DNA from: Acidobacteriota bacterium
Lineage (GTDB): Bacteria > Acidobacteriota > Thermoanaerobaculia > UBA5066 > Gp7-AA6
Length of the DNA: 60,280 bases
Assembly: GCA_046725935.1 (NCBI GenBank)
Contig: JBKOZO010000083.1
Location: 1 to 60,280, forward strand
Direction of reading: 5' to 3'
The notes under the pieces are model-generated. The model searched no databases and was not told where the DNA came from. It saw only the letters and a program-made list of their open reading frames with translations. Numbering within the stretch: the first letter of the stretch is position 1; each line of letters begins with the position of its first letter. Below are positions 9,654 to 19,320 of the stretch, one piece after another. A program made the translations under genes and the position numbers.

Positions 9654-9817
9654 AACAAGCCCTCTTTCGCGCTCCGGCCCCTGTCTCGTCGCGTTCCGGA
9701 TTTTGAACCCTTCGTCCGGAATCTTGGTCCAAAAGGAGCCGGCATTCTTTCGTAACTCCTTCTGTTTCTTTACGTATCACGCGGGGAGGCGTTGCAAAAA
9801 GGTCGAGGGAGGCAGGG

Positions 9818-10585
9818 ATGAAAATTCGGACGCTGATCGTCGACGACGAACCTCTGGCGCGGGAGTGGACGCGCAACGGCCTCCAGGACGAGCCCGACAT
9901 CGAGATCGTGGGCGAATGCGGCGACGGCTTCGAGGCGGTCAAGGCGATCGTGGAGCTCAAGCCCGCGCTCGTGCTCCTCGACGTCCAGATGCCCGGGCTC
10001 GACGGTTTCGGCGTCCTGGCGAGCCTCGACGCCCCGGACCTTCCGGCCGTCATCTTCGTCACCGCCTTCGACCGTTACGCGCTCAAGGCCTTCGAGGCCC
10101 ACGCCGTGGACTATCTGATGAAACCGTTCTCGACCGAACGGCTGCGGGCCGCCGTCGACCGGGCCCGCGCCGAGATCGACCGCAGCTCTTCGAGGGAGCT
10201 GAGGGCGGCCCTGAACGCGCTGCTCGAGGACATCCAGCGCGAGCGCACGTTCCCCGAGTGGCTGCTCATCAAGAAGGACGACCGTAGCGTCTTCCTGCGG
10301 GTCGCCGACATCGACTGGATCGAGTCCTCGCGCAACAACGTGCGCCTCCACGTGGGCAAGGACATCTTCCTCTTCCACGAGACGACCTCGGGCATCGAGT
10401 CCAAGCTCGATCCGAAGAAGTTCTTCCGGATCCACCGCTCCACGATCGTCAACATCGAGAAGATCAAGGAGATGCACCCCTGGTTCAACGGCGACTACGC
10501 CGTGATCCTGAAGGACGGCACGAAGCTGACGCTTTCCTCGACGTACCGAGAGCGTCTGAAGGAGTTCCGGCGGCTGGCCGTTTAG
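9818..10585 (+). CDS. LytTR-family DNA-binding response regulator
   Basis: Receiver (IVDDEPLAR, LLDVQMP, FVTAFD, YLMKP) plus LytTR domain (FFRIHRSTIVN). Confidence 0.96.
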   Translation: MKIRTLIVDDEPLAREWTRNGLQDEPDIEIVGECGDGFEAVKAIVELKPALVLLDVQMPGLDGFGVLASLDAPDLPAVIFVTAFDRYALKAFEAHAVDYLMKPFSTERLRAAVDRARAEIDRSSSRELRAALNALLEDIQRERTFPEWLLIKKDDRSVFLRVADIDWIESSRNNVRLHVGKDIFLFHETTSGIESKLDPKKFFRIHRSTIVNIEKIKEMHPWFNGDYAVILKDGTKLTLSSTYRERLKEFRRLAV

Positions 10586-10605
10586 ACGCCAGCGCATCGG
10601 ATCGC

Positions 10606-11820
10606 ATGCGGACGGCGGCTCCGCGAACTCGGGTCTCGATCGTCAAGGAGGCCGGCGAGCCTCCGAGGCCCGCCGCCTCCCGGGACGCTCCGCGCACCCT
10701 CGCCGCGACCGGCCGGAATCCCTCGACGGGCCTCCATCGCGGCTTCGAGATCCTCCTGATCTGGAGCATCGTCGGACTCTTCATCGCCGCCCAGCGGTAC
10801 CTGCGCGGCCCCTCGCTCCAGCCGCGCCTGGCGCTTCCGTGGGGCGAATCGCTGGCGGCGAGCCTCGTCACGGCCTATCTGTGGGCGCTCCTGACGCCGG
10901 CCGTGATGCGCGTCGCGCGACGGCTGCGGCCGCGCGCCGCGAGCGCCTTCTGGAAGATTCCGCTGCTGGTCCTCGTCGGTGCGGCCGCCGCCCTCGTCCA
11001 CCTGACGGCGACCAACCTCTTCTGGCACGCGGTGGGCCCGCCCGACTCCTCGAGCGACTTTTCGGCGATGTTCCTGGCGACGCTCGCGTTCGGCGGCGCC
11101 GCGCGACTGGCGACGTTCTTCGGCATCGTCGGCGTGACGTGGGGCATCGACGACTACCGCACGTACCGCGAGAAGGAGCTGCAAGCCTCGGAGCTCGAGC
11201 GGGAGCTCGTGCAGACCCAGCTCGAGGCGTTGAAGCTGCGGCTGCATCCGCCGTTCCTCTTCAACACGCTCTCGACGATCCTGCCCCTGATCCACACCGA
11301 GCCGCGCGCGGCGGCGCGGACCGTCGTGCAGCTGGGCGACATCCTTCGGCTCGCGCTCCACAACGACGCGACCGGTCTGGTGCCGCTGAAGACGGAGCTC
11401 GAGTACATCCGGCTCTACCTGCAGATCGAGCAGACGCGGCTGCAGGATCGTCTCGACGTCCACTTCGAGATCTCTCCCGACGTCTTCGACGCCGCCGTGC
11501 CGAACTTGATCCTGTTGCCTCTGGTCGAGAGCGCGATCGCGAACGGCGTCTCCGTGCGCCCCGGCCGCGCCTCGATCGAGATCCGCGCCTGGCCCGAGGA
11601 GGGCATGCTGCGGCTCGAGGTCCACGAGTCCGCCGGGGATGCGGAGGTTCCGGCGGCCGTTCCGATCGACGACTCCTTCGTGCGCAAGACGAAGATGCGG
11701 CTGGAGCTGCTCTATCCCGAGCGCCACCGCGTCTCGATCTCGGATCGTCTGGAGAAGGGGCACGAGGTCTCGCTGCGCCTGCCGCTCGAGACCGCGACGG
11801 CCGCCGTGGGGGCCGCCTGA
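10606..11820 (+). CDS. LytS/YehU-family membrane histidine kinase homologue, catalytically degenerate
   Basis: 4 TM segments plus His_kinase region, but the H-box reads LHPPFLFN, the N-box LVESAIANG, and G1/G2 boxes are absent. Confidence 0.85.
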   Translation: MRTAAPRTRVSIVKEAGEPPRPAASRDAPRTLAATGRNPSTGLHRGFEILLIWSIVGLFIAAQRYLRGPSLQPRLALPWGESLAASLVTAYLWALLTPAVMRVARRLRPRAASAFWKIPLLVLVGAAAALVHLTATNLFWHAVGPPDSSSDFSAMFLATLAFGGAARLATFFGIVGVTWGIDDYRTYREKELQASELERELVQTQLEALKLRLHPPFLFNTLSTILPLIHTEPRAAARTVVQLGDILRLALHNDATGLVPLKTELEYIRLYLQIEQTRLQDRLDVHFEISPDVFDAAVPNLILLPLVESAIANGVSVRPGRASIEIRAWPEEGMLRLEVHESAGDAEVPAAVPIDDSFVRKTKMRLELLYPERHRVSISDRLEKGHEVSLRLPLETATAAVGAA

Positions 11821-14180
11821 GCGCCGCCGCGACTCCCCTTCGCGAGCTGCCGCGCCCGCGCGGGAGCGAGCGCTGGCGCGCCGCCGGCTGGGTTCTCGCC
11901 GTCTGGACGCTGGTGGGTCTCTTTCGCGCCGCGGACCGCTACTTCAGCGACCCGTTCCAGCTCCAGCGCCTCGAGTTCGGCCTCTGGGAAGCTCTGGCCC
12001 AGAACCTCCTGTCCTCGACGATCTGGGCCGCGCTGACGCCTATGGTCGTGTGGCTCGCGCGCCGATCGGTTCCGACCACGTCGAACTGGGCGAGACCAGT
12101 CGGCCGGCTGGCCGCGGGAGGCATCGTCTTCCCGGTCGTGCACGGAGTCGCCTATCAGCTGGCCTATCCGCTCCTGATGGGATTCCCGTGCGTCGTTCCG
12201 ATCCAGCTCGCCGCGCTGCCGCAACTGCTGCCCCTGACGTTCCCGACGCACTTCGTGACCTACTCGGCGATCGTCGGAGTGACGTGGGCCCTCGGGTATT
12301 CGCGGCTCTCCCGCCAGCGGGACCTCAAAGCCTCGCAGGTCAAGACGCGGCTCGCGAGCGCGCGGCTGGAAGCCCTCAAGGGCCAGCTCCACCCGCACTT
12401 TCTCTTCAACACGTTGAACAGCATCCTGCCGCTCGTCTTCCGCGACGGCGACGCCGCCTCGCGGACGGTCGTCCGGCTCGCGGATTTGCTGCGACTCTCG
12501 CTGCAGAACGAAGGCCACGACCTGATTCCGTTCCGCAAGGAGCTGGAGCTGCTGCGCGTGTACCTCGAGATCCAGCAAACACGCTTCCAGGATCGCCTGA
12601 CGGCGCGCTTCGAGCTCGAGCCCGGCATCGAGGACGCGCTGGTGCCCAACCTCATCCTGCAGCCCCTGGTCGAAAACGCCATCAAGCACGGCATCGCCGC
12701 GAGACCCGGCTCGGGACGCGTCGAGGTCCTGGCGCGCCGTGAGGGACCCGATCGGATCCGCCTCGTCGTTCGCGACGACGGGCCCGGCCCCTCGAACACG
12801 GTCCGCCGCGCGGGCGAGGGAGGCGTGGGCCTGCGCAACACGCGCGACCGCCTGGAGCTTCTCTACGGCGAGCGGCAGGAGTTCCAGTTCCAGGGAGCCG
12901 CGGGACGCGGCTGCGAGGTCTCGCTGTCGTTTCCGCTGACTCTGGCGCCGCCGGCCGAGCCGCGCCCGCGCCTGGAGGCTCGCCCGCAGCCGCTTCGCGC
13001 TCTGCCGCGCGCCGCCGGCCTCGCCGTGGGCGCCGTGGCTCTTCTCGCTGCGGCGGCGCTCGCCGAGTCCCCCGCCGGACCCTACGCGCGCGCCATCACG
13101 CAGTCGCAGGAGATGCTGGACCAGGTCCTGCAGCTCTACCCCGGCACCGCCGTCGCGGTCGCCGTCGGCGATTCGATCGTCTGGACGCAATCCTTCGGCT
13201 TCTCCGACGTCGATCGGCAGCGCCACGTGTCCCGCTCCACACAGTTCCGCATCTACGAAGCGGCGATGCCGCTGACCGCCACCGTCATGGCGCGTCTGGT
13301 CGAGCAGGGCCGCTTCGACGCCGACGCGCCGCTCCAGAAGTACCTGCCGGATCTGCCCGAGACGCAGGTTCCGGTGACGGGCCGGTCGCTCGCGAGCCAC
13401 CTCGGGGGCGTGCGCGACTTCGAGGAGAGCGAGGAGATCCCGGCGCCCTGCTCCGGCGCGCGCGACGCGGTACGGACTCTGAAGGGGCGGCTTTTTGTCC
13501 GGCCGGCCGGTCTCGGCCACACTTTCTCGCGCCAAGGCTACGTGCTCCTCTCGGCGGCGCTCGAGTCGGCGACCGGGCGGCCGTTCGGCGACCTCCTGCA
13601 GGAGATGCTGGCCGGACCCGTCGGCATGTCCTCGACGATGATCGATGACCCGCAGCGGTTCCTGCCCGGCCGGTCCAACTTCTACGAGCGCGGCTTCCTG
13701 GGCCTGCTCCGCGCCGCGCGGCCCGTCGACACGAGCTGCCTCTGGGGAGGAGGCGGCCTGGTCTCGACCACGGAGGACCTCGTCCGCTTCGCCACGGCGC
13801 TTTTGCGAGGAGAGCTCCTCCGGCACGAGACGCTCGAGGCGATGTTCACGCCGCAGAAGACGCGCAACGGCTTGACGACGGCCTACGGGCTGGGCTGGCA
13901 CGTCGAGACGGACGCCCGCGGACGCCGCTATCTCTGGCACGGCGGCCGCGGCGTCGGCGGCCGCGCCGCGATCGTCGTCATTCCGCACGCGCGGCTGGTG
14001 ACCGTCATGCTCTCCAACATCGAGGGCGAGCGCCTCGACGACCATGCGCGCCGCATCGCGTTGTTTTTCCTCGAAGTTGCCGAGGCCGGCGGCGGTCCGC
14101 CCGATCTGATTCGCGCCTCGGGTCAGACCAAGCCCTCGCCGCCCTTCGCCTACCGCGCCGCCCCCGCGCCGGGCGAGTAG
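11817..14180 (+). CDS. LytS-family histidine kinase fused to a C-terminal beta-lactamase/serine-hydrolase-fold domain
   Basis: Intact QLHPHFLFNTLN, LVENAIKHG, DDGPG, GVGL; then a hydrophobic segment and a beta-lactamase-fold region (LASHLGG, GGGLVSTTEDLVRF, YGLGW, WHGG). Start inferred at a CTG overlapping the upstream stop. Confidence 0.82.
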   Translation: MSAAATPLRELPRPRGSERWRAAGWVLAVWTLVGLFRAADRYFSDPFQLQRLEFGLWEALAQNLLSSTIWAALTPMVVWLARRSVPTTSNWARPVGRLAAGGIVFPVVHGVAYQLAYPLLMGFPCVVPIQLAALPQLLPLTFPTHFVTYSAIVGVTWALGYSRLSRQRDLKASQVKTRLASARLEALKGQLHPHFLFNTLNSILPLVFRDGDAASRTVVRLADLLRLSLQNEGHDLIPFRKELELLRVYLEIQQTRFQDRLTARFELEPGIEDALVPNLILQPLVENAIKHGIAARPGSGRVEVLARREGPDRIRLVVRDDGPGPSNTVRRAGEGGVGLRNTRDRLELLYGERQEFQFQGAAGRGCEVSLSFPLTLAPPAEPRPRLEARPQPLRALPRAAGLAVGAVALLAAAALAESPAGPYARAITQSQEMLDQVLQLYPGTAVAVAVGDSIVWTQSFGFSDVDRQRHVSRSTQFRIYEAAMPLTATVMARLVEQGRFDADAPLQKYLPDLPETQVPVTGRSLASHLGGVRDFEESEEIPAPCSGARDAVRTLKGRLFVRPAGLGHTFSRQGYVLLSAALESATGRPFGDLLQEMLAGPVGMSSTMIDDPQRFLPGRSNFYERGFLGLLRAARPVDTSCLWGGGGLVSTTEDLVRFATALLRGELLRHETLEAMFTPQKTRNGLTTAYGLGWHVETDARGRRYLWHGGRGVGGRAAIVVIPHARLVTVMLSNIEGERLDDHARRIALFFLEVAEAGGGPPDLIRASGQTKPSPPFAYRAAPAPGE

Positions 14181-14220
14181 CCCGCGGTGCGCCGCCGGGC
14201 GGCGGCGTATCATCGCGGCG

Positions 14221-14703
14221 GTGCTTTCACCGTTCGTCATCTGGTCATCCGCCCCGCGAATTCACGACTCCATCGTCCTCAGGATCACCGCCTCTGCCGT
14301 GATCGTCGCCTCCCTCGCCGCGGGGCTTGCGGCTCTCGGGCGCGATCTTCGAATCGCTTACCTGTACGCCGGCCAGAGCATCTTCTCGAGCGTTGACAGA
14401 AAGCAGATGGATGCGGTGCGTGCCTCCCTGCCCGCGAAGGCCCCGATTCTGCTCATCGCAAAGACGGCCAACGCGTGGCAGGCCTGGCTCTGGGAGCGCG
14501 GGCTTTACCCCGAGCACCTCGTGGTCGTGCGGTTCGAACCCTGGTCCGCGGACGAGATTCGCAAGGCCCGTGAGCGGTTTGGCTTCCGGCACGCCGTAAT
14601 CATCGGACCCGTCCCATTCGATCCGGGCTTTCGATGGACTCGCGACCTCGGCCCCATGGCGGGGGTTCCCGATCGCGTGGTCTTCGGCGAGCTCGCGCCT
14701 TGA
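14221..14703 (+). CDS. Hypothetical membrane-anchored protein
   Basis: Single N-terminal TM; stop overlaps the next start; start uncertain. Confidence 0.55.
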   Translation: MLSPFVIWSSAPRIHDSIVLRITASAVIVASLAAGLAALGRDLRIAYLYAGQSIFSSVDRKQMDAVRASLPAKAPILLIAKTANAWQAWLWERGLYPEHLVVVRFEPWSADEIRKARERFGFRHAVIIGPVPFDPGFRWTRDLGPMAGVPDRVVFGELAP

Positions 14704-16055
14704 GATTGCCGCTTCCGGAAATTCTCATCACGGCGCTGCTGGCCGCAGGTTTTGCGGCCGTCGGCGAGATCATCCTCCGTCGCCCTTCACGGAGCGCGGC
14801 CGCCGCCAACGAATCGATGCTCGTCGGAATGGGAGTCTGCGCTGCCGCCCTCTTTCCTTTGACCTTGATCCTTCCGCACCACGCCCTCGTGGCCGAGGCC
14901 GTGTTGCTGGCCGCGTGTCTGGGTTGGGCGGTCCTCCGTCGAATCGGGCGGCGCGAAGGAATCGACCGCACGGCACGGTTTCCGCTCGACCCGACCGCAC
15001 GCGGGATTCTCGCGGCCGTGGCCGTCGTGACGGCCGCCTTTGCCGCGCTGAACCTTCGCTACACCTACGCCTGGGACGGGTTCATGATCTGGGCGACGAA
15101 GGCACGTCTGCTTTCGCATGTGGGAAGTCTCAACCGCGAGTGGCTCTTACCCGGAGACCTCTACGGAATGCGTCACCTCGAGTACCCGCCGGTCGTTCCT
15201 CTCTACGAAGCCTTGTTGAGCCTCCTTCGCGGCTCTTTCGACTACGACAAGCTCAAACCCGTCTTCCTGGTCTTTTATCTTTCGCTGCTGATCGGGACGT
15301 ATGCCGCCGCCCGGGCTGAGCTCCCGGCTCGTCTGGCGGCCGCGGCCGACCTTCTGGTCTGCCTCCTTCCGGCCGTATCGACGCAGTATGCGACCGGAGG
15401 GTACGCGGACATGCCGCAGGCAGCCTTCGTCGCCGGCGTCGTGGCGGCGGGTATGGCGGGCCGTAGGGATTCGCTGCCCTGGTTGATCGGCGCGTTGACG
15501 ATGGTCAAGGCGGAAGGAGTGATTCTCGCCGCTCTCGCGTGCGGCGGTATTGCGCTCTTCTGGGTTCTCGAATCAGCGCACAACTTTGCTCGGCAAATAG
15601 CGGCCGCGGTCCGCGGCATTGCCTTGGTTGCGGCGTTCTTTCTGGTGCGCTTCGCATACGTGCGCTGGGTTGGCGCGCCGGAGTTCGTCTACCAGGGCGG
15701 CCTGGCCGACGCGCTGGCGCGGATTCCGCAGGCCGTACGCCTGTGCCTGATCCGGCTCGTCGACCCGCGGCAGTGGGGCCTGTTCTGGCCGGCGTTCGGC
15801 GCAGCCGCAGTGGTCCTGCTCGCCCGGGGTTCGAATCGGGAAAAAGCGGTTTCCGCGGCAACTGCGGCGGGCCTGGCTGTTTCGATTGCGCCGTTCCTCT
15901 TCACCACCTGGCCGCTCGAAGTCCATATCGAGCAGGCGTATTTCCGGCTGGCCGCGCAGCTGTCTCCCGCGGCTGCGGTCTCGATCGTTCTGGCTTATAC
16001 GCGGCTGAAGCACGCGTTCCCGGCGCGGTCGCCGCTGCCGTCATCCCCGAGCTAG
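14700..16055 (+). CDS. Polytopic GT-C-fold glycosyltransferase-like membrane protein
   Basis: ~11 TMs; AWDGFMIWATKA, HLEYPP, GYADMP and KAEG motifs typical of ArnT/PMT-like GT-C proteins. Confidence 0.72.
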   Translation: MRLPLPEILITALLAAGFAAVGEIILRRPSRSAAAANESMLVGMGVCAAALFPLTLILPHHALVAEAVLLAACLGWAVLRRIGRREGIDRTARFPLDPTARGILAAVAVVTAAFAALNLRYTYAWDGFMIWATKARLLSHVGSLNREWLLPGDLYGMRHLEYPPVVPLYEALLSLLRGSFDYDKLKPVFLVFYLSLLIGTYAAARAELPARLAAAADLLVCLLPAVSTQYATGGYADMPQAAFVAGVVAAGMAGRRDSLPWLIGALTMVKAEGVILAALACGGIALFWVLESAHNFARQIAAAVRGIALVAAFFLVRFAYVRWVGAPEFVYQGGLADALARIPQAVRLCLIRLVDPRQWGLFWPAFGAAAVVLLARGSNREKAVSAATAAGLAVSIAPFLFTTWPLEVHIEQAYFRLAAQLSPAAAVSIVLAYTRLKHAFPARSPLPSSPS

Positions 16056-16070
16056 GCTGAGGACGACACA

Positions 16071-18602
16071 TTGTTCCTTCTCTGGCCAAAGCGTATCCAG
16101 CCGCCCATCCCTCATGGGTCACAGCGTCCTCGACGTCCCGAAACTGTAGGCTCCAGCCCGGGCTCCTCCAGGAAGGCCTCGCGACCCGGGTCTCTTCCTG
16201 CGAAGACGCGCCGTGAGCTCGTCCTCGGTCTCGGCGCCCTCGGCGTCGTTCTCTGCCTGGTCTATGGAAACATCGTGTTCGGCGGCGAGACCCTCGTCGC
16301 CAGCGCCAACTATCACCCGTTCGACTACCGATTCGATCGGATACGTCCCGGAACGACGACAGGCCCGGCGTTTCTCAACTGGTACGACGTCGGAGCCGTT
16401 TGGTGGCAGTGGGAGCCGGCGGCGCAGTTCTTCCGCAAGGCCTACCGGCGGGCGACCGTTCCGCTGTGGGATCCCAGCGCGGCGGGCGGCGTCGACGCCC
16501 ACGTGAACCTGACCCAGGGACAGTACTTTCCACCGTACGCGCTGCTCCTCCTCGCGGGGAACTCTCCGGTCGCGCGCGACGCGTACACGCTTCTCTTGCT
16601 CCTCGGCAGCGGAGCGTGCTGTTTCCTTCTTCTTCGACGCAACGGCTTCCATCCCCTTTCGGGGTTCGCCATGGGCGTGATCTTCATGCTCGCCGGTCCG
16701 CTGACCCTCAACGCAAACTCCATCGTGGGGCAGGCGGTCGCCGCCATTCCCCTGCTCGTCCTGTCCGTGGACGCGCTGCTCGAACGCCCGACATGGTCCG
16801 GGGTTGCCCTGGTCGCTCTCGCCATGGCCCTCTGCGTCCTCGCTTCTTTCATGCCGGTCGTCATCTCCGCGCTCCTCCTTCTTCCGTTCCAGTGGTTCAG
16901 CCGGGTTCTCGTGCGCGACGAAGGCGACCCGAGCCTCGCGGTGCGGGCCGCCGGCTCGGGCGCCCGGCTCGCCGCCGGCGTCTTCCTTGGACTCGCGCTC
17001 GCGGCGTTCCTTCTCATTCCCGTGCGAATGGCGTCCGGCCAGGACCCCCGCTTCGCGGCGTGGTACTCGAACCTCGGCCTGCAACATTACGACGCCGACG
17101 TCGGGCTCACGCTGGTTTCGCCGCGGATCACCTATTCGGTCTCCCAGGTTGCCGATTACCGTTCCGCCCTCTTTCCCCTTCCCTACGACTGGACCTCCAC
17201 GTTCCTCTACGTGGGGCTGACCCCGCTCCTGCTGATCCCCTTCGCCTGGACCGATCCTCGCCCGGCGGCGCGCCGTCTTCGCGTTTTCTTCGCTGGCGCC
17301 GGAGCGTTCATGCTCCTCAAGATGCTCGGCGTTCCTCCGATCCAGTGGATCGGCCATCTTCCGGTGCTGAACCAGATCCATTTCATCCCGTACTTCTGCG
17401 GAGCGCTCGCCCTGTGCGTGGCCGGGTTGGCGGCGCTGGGCGTCGAAGGACTGCGTCAAGGCCGATCCTCCAGAGCGGCCGTGGTCGCGTGCGGCGCGGT
17501 CGCGGTTGCGGTCTCTCTGCTCGTCTTTCGCTTCTGGTCGACGCACGCGGCCAACCCCGCCGCGAGCCGGGAGGGGCACGTTCGGGAGATGGCGCGGCTC
17601 GCCGCCCTGGCCCTGGCTCTGCTCGTCGTCGCCTGGCTGCGACGCCGGGGCCGCCTGTCCGGCGCCTCGGCGAGCGTTCTCGCCGTCGCCGTCATATGCC
17701 TGGAGCTCGTCCCGCTCGCCCACCGCGCCCGATTCCGGCGGCACGACGTCTGGCGCGACGTGCCCGAATTCGTGCGATACCTCCAGTCCGACCCGACGCT
17801 GTTCCGCGTCCACGGAGTGAGTGATCTCGCCCTGACGGGTAACGTCTTCCAGGGGCTGGGCCTCTCCGGGATCTCCTCGCGCCACGCCTTCAATGCCTAC
17901 CGCTACGACGCATTGCTCCGGCACTATTTCGGCGACCGCGGATTGCACTTTCCCGTGGCTGCATCCCTGCTTCCCTCCCGGCGCGCGATCCTGGACCTGC
18001 TCGGCGTCAAGTACGTCGTGACGCTGTGGCAATCCGGCGCGGACGACGCCCTGCTGAAAGAGCAGGGCCTTCTGCCGGAGAAGCGCGACGGCGACTTCGT
18101 GGTTTGGCGCAACCCCACCGCCTGGCCCCGCGCCTACGTGACGAGCCGGTACGTCCTCACTCCCGATGCGGCGCACGCCCTCGAGGCCACGGGCGCGCTC
18201 ACGTCGCCGAACCAGGTCGTTCTCGAAGAGGCGCCCCCGTCGGATCCGGGGACGCCGGCTAAGGAATCCGGGGGAACGTGCCGGATCGACGCGTACGACT
18301 ACGGCTTCGTGCGCATTCTCGCCGAGAGTGCCGTCCCCTCCATGGTGGTCCTCATGGATTCGCTCGCGCCGGGTTGGGAGGCCCGGGTGGACGGCCGGCC
18401 CGTTCGGATCCTGGCCGCGAACTACGCATTCCGGGGGATTCCGATTCCCGCCGGCAAGTCGGTCGTGGAGCTGCGCTATCGGCCGCCGGGGCTCCGTCGA
18501 GGCCTCGCCGTCTCGGGCGTCGCGGCCCTGATCGTGGCCGCGATCCTCGGCGGCGCGGCGCTGCGGAAGCGCGACACGCGTCCTTCCCTCAAGTCCGGTT
18601 GA
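16071..18602 (+). CDS. YfhO-family membrane protein (GT-C glycosylation)
   Basis: PLWDP near N-terminus, many TMs, C-terminal PRAY...PGWEARVDG...ANYAFRGI...LRYRP plus final TM. Start uncertain. Confidence 0.88.
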   Translation: MFLLWPKRIQPPIPHGSQRPRRPETVGSSPGSSRKASRPGSLPAKTRRELVLGLGALGVVLCLVYGNIVFGGETLVASANYHPFDYRFDRIRPGTTTGPAFLNWYDVGAVWWQWEPAAQFFRKAYRRATVPLWDPSAAGGVDAHVNLTQGQYFPPYALLLLAGNSPVARDAYTLLLLLGSGACCFLLLRRNGFHPLSGFAMGVIFMLAGPLTLNANSIVGQAVAAIPLLVLSVDALLERPTWSGVALVALAMALCVLASFMPVVISALLLLPFQWFSRVLVRDEGDPSLAVRAAGSGARLAAGVFLGLALAAFLLIPVRMASGQDPRFAAWYSNLGLQHYDADVGLTLVSPRITYSVSQVADYRSALFPLPYDWTSTFLYVGLTPLLLIPFAWTDPRPAARRLRVFFAGAGAFMLLKMLGVPPIQWIGHLPVLNQIHFIPYFCGALALCVAGLAALGVEGLRQGRSSRAAVVACGAVAVAVSLLVFRFWSTHAANPAASREGHVREMARLAALALALLVVAWLRRRGRLSGASASVLAVAVICLELVPLAHRARFRRHDVWRDVPEFVRYLQSDPTLFRVHGVSDLALTGNVFQGLGLSGISSRHAFNAYRYDALLRHYFGDRGLHFPVAASLLPSRRAILDLLGVKYVVTLWQSGADDALLKEQGLLPEKRDGDFVVWRNPTAWPRAYVTSRYVLTPDAAHALEATGALTSPNQVVLEEAPPSDPGTPAKESGGTCRIDAYDYGFVRILAESAVPSMVVLMDSLAPGWEARVDGRPVRILAANYAFRGIPIPAGKSVVELRYRPPGLRRGLAVSGVAALIVAAILGGAALRKRDTRPSLKSG

Positions 18603-19320
18603 CGGGGCGGTCGTATCGAGGCGAGAAGACGGTCGAGTGGACGCGCCGCATGTCCCGGATCGTCGCCCAGATGTTTCTCGGAGAAGTGGACGATCCCTTT
18701 CCGAACTCGCGCGGGAATGTCTGGATCCCGACCTCGCCGACGCGGAAGCCCTTGAGCATCGTCTTGATCGTCACCTCGGCGCCGATGAAGGGGCTCGTGG
18801 ACACGAGCTCGAGCTCCTCCACGACCGACTTGCGGATCAGCTTCAGCCCGCAGCTGACGTCCCGGTACCGCGTGTCGAAGAGGCCGCGCAGCACCTTGTT
18901 GTAGACGTACGAGACGAACGTGCGCCAGCTGCTGTACGTCTTGGCGTAGCGGAACGTGATGATCAGGTCGTAGTGGTCCTGCAGGCGCAGCAGCTTTCGC
19001 AGGTCGTCCACCTCGTACTCGTCGTCGCCGTCGGTGAAGCAGATCCACTCGAAGCGCGCGGCCTGGAAGCCCGTGCGGAGCGCCTGGCCGTAGCCGAGAT
19101 TGCGCGGGTGGTGCACCACGCGGACGAGGGGGTTCTTCGCGGCCAGCTCGTCGGCGATCCGGCCGGCGGCGTCGGGCGAGCCGTCGTCCACGATGATCAC
19201 CTCGTATTCGCTGGCGAGGTCGGTCAAAACTCGGACGGCCTTCTCCGTGACGCGGGCGACGGTCTCCTCGTCGCGGTAGACGGGAAAGAAGAGGCTGACG
19301 CGGGGCCGTTGCGCGCTCAT
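18589..19320 (-). CDS. GT2 glycosyltransferase, DPM1/polyprenol-phosphate type
   Basis: FFPVYRDE, IIVDDGSPD, NLGYGQAL, FTDGD, DVSCGLKL motifs. Confidence 0.9.
   Translation of the reverse strand: MSAQRPRVSLFFPVYRDEETVARVTEKAVRVLTDLASEYEVIIVDDGSPDAAGRIADELAAKNPLVRVVHHPRNLGYGQALRTGFQAARFEWICFTDGDDEYEVDDLRKLLRLQDHYDLIITFRYAKTYSSWRTFVSYVYNKVLRGLFDTRYRDVSCGLKLIRKSVVEELELVSTSPFIGAEVTIKTMLKGFRVGEVGIQTFPREFGKGSSTSPRNIWATIRDMRRVHSTVFSPRYDRPVNRT

Noticed and set aside
9654-9817. LytTR boxes upstream of the regulator and CxxCH gene
   Set aside because: TCGTC-like words occur but with irregular spacing; not supportable.
10839-11816. N-terminal extension of the 1113-aa ORF
   Set aside because: Arg/Gly-rich off-frame read-through overlapping the first kinase.
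13064-14180. Functional beta-lactamase resistance gene
   Set aside because: Catalytic SxxK and Tyr motifs are missing.
14221-16055. Horizontally acquired segment (seems slightly less GC3-biased)
   Set aside because: Impression only; not quantified, and no mobility signatures at the borders.
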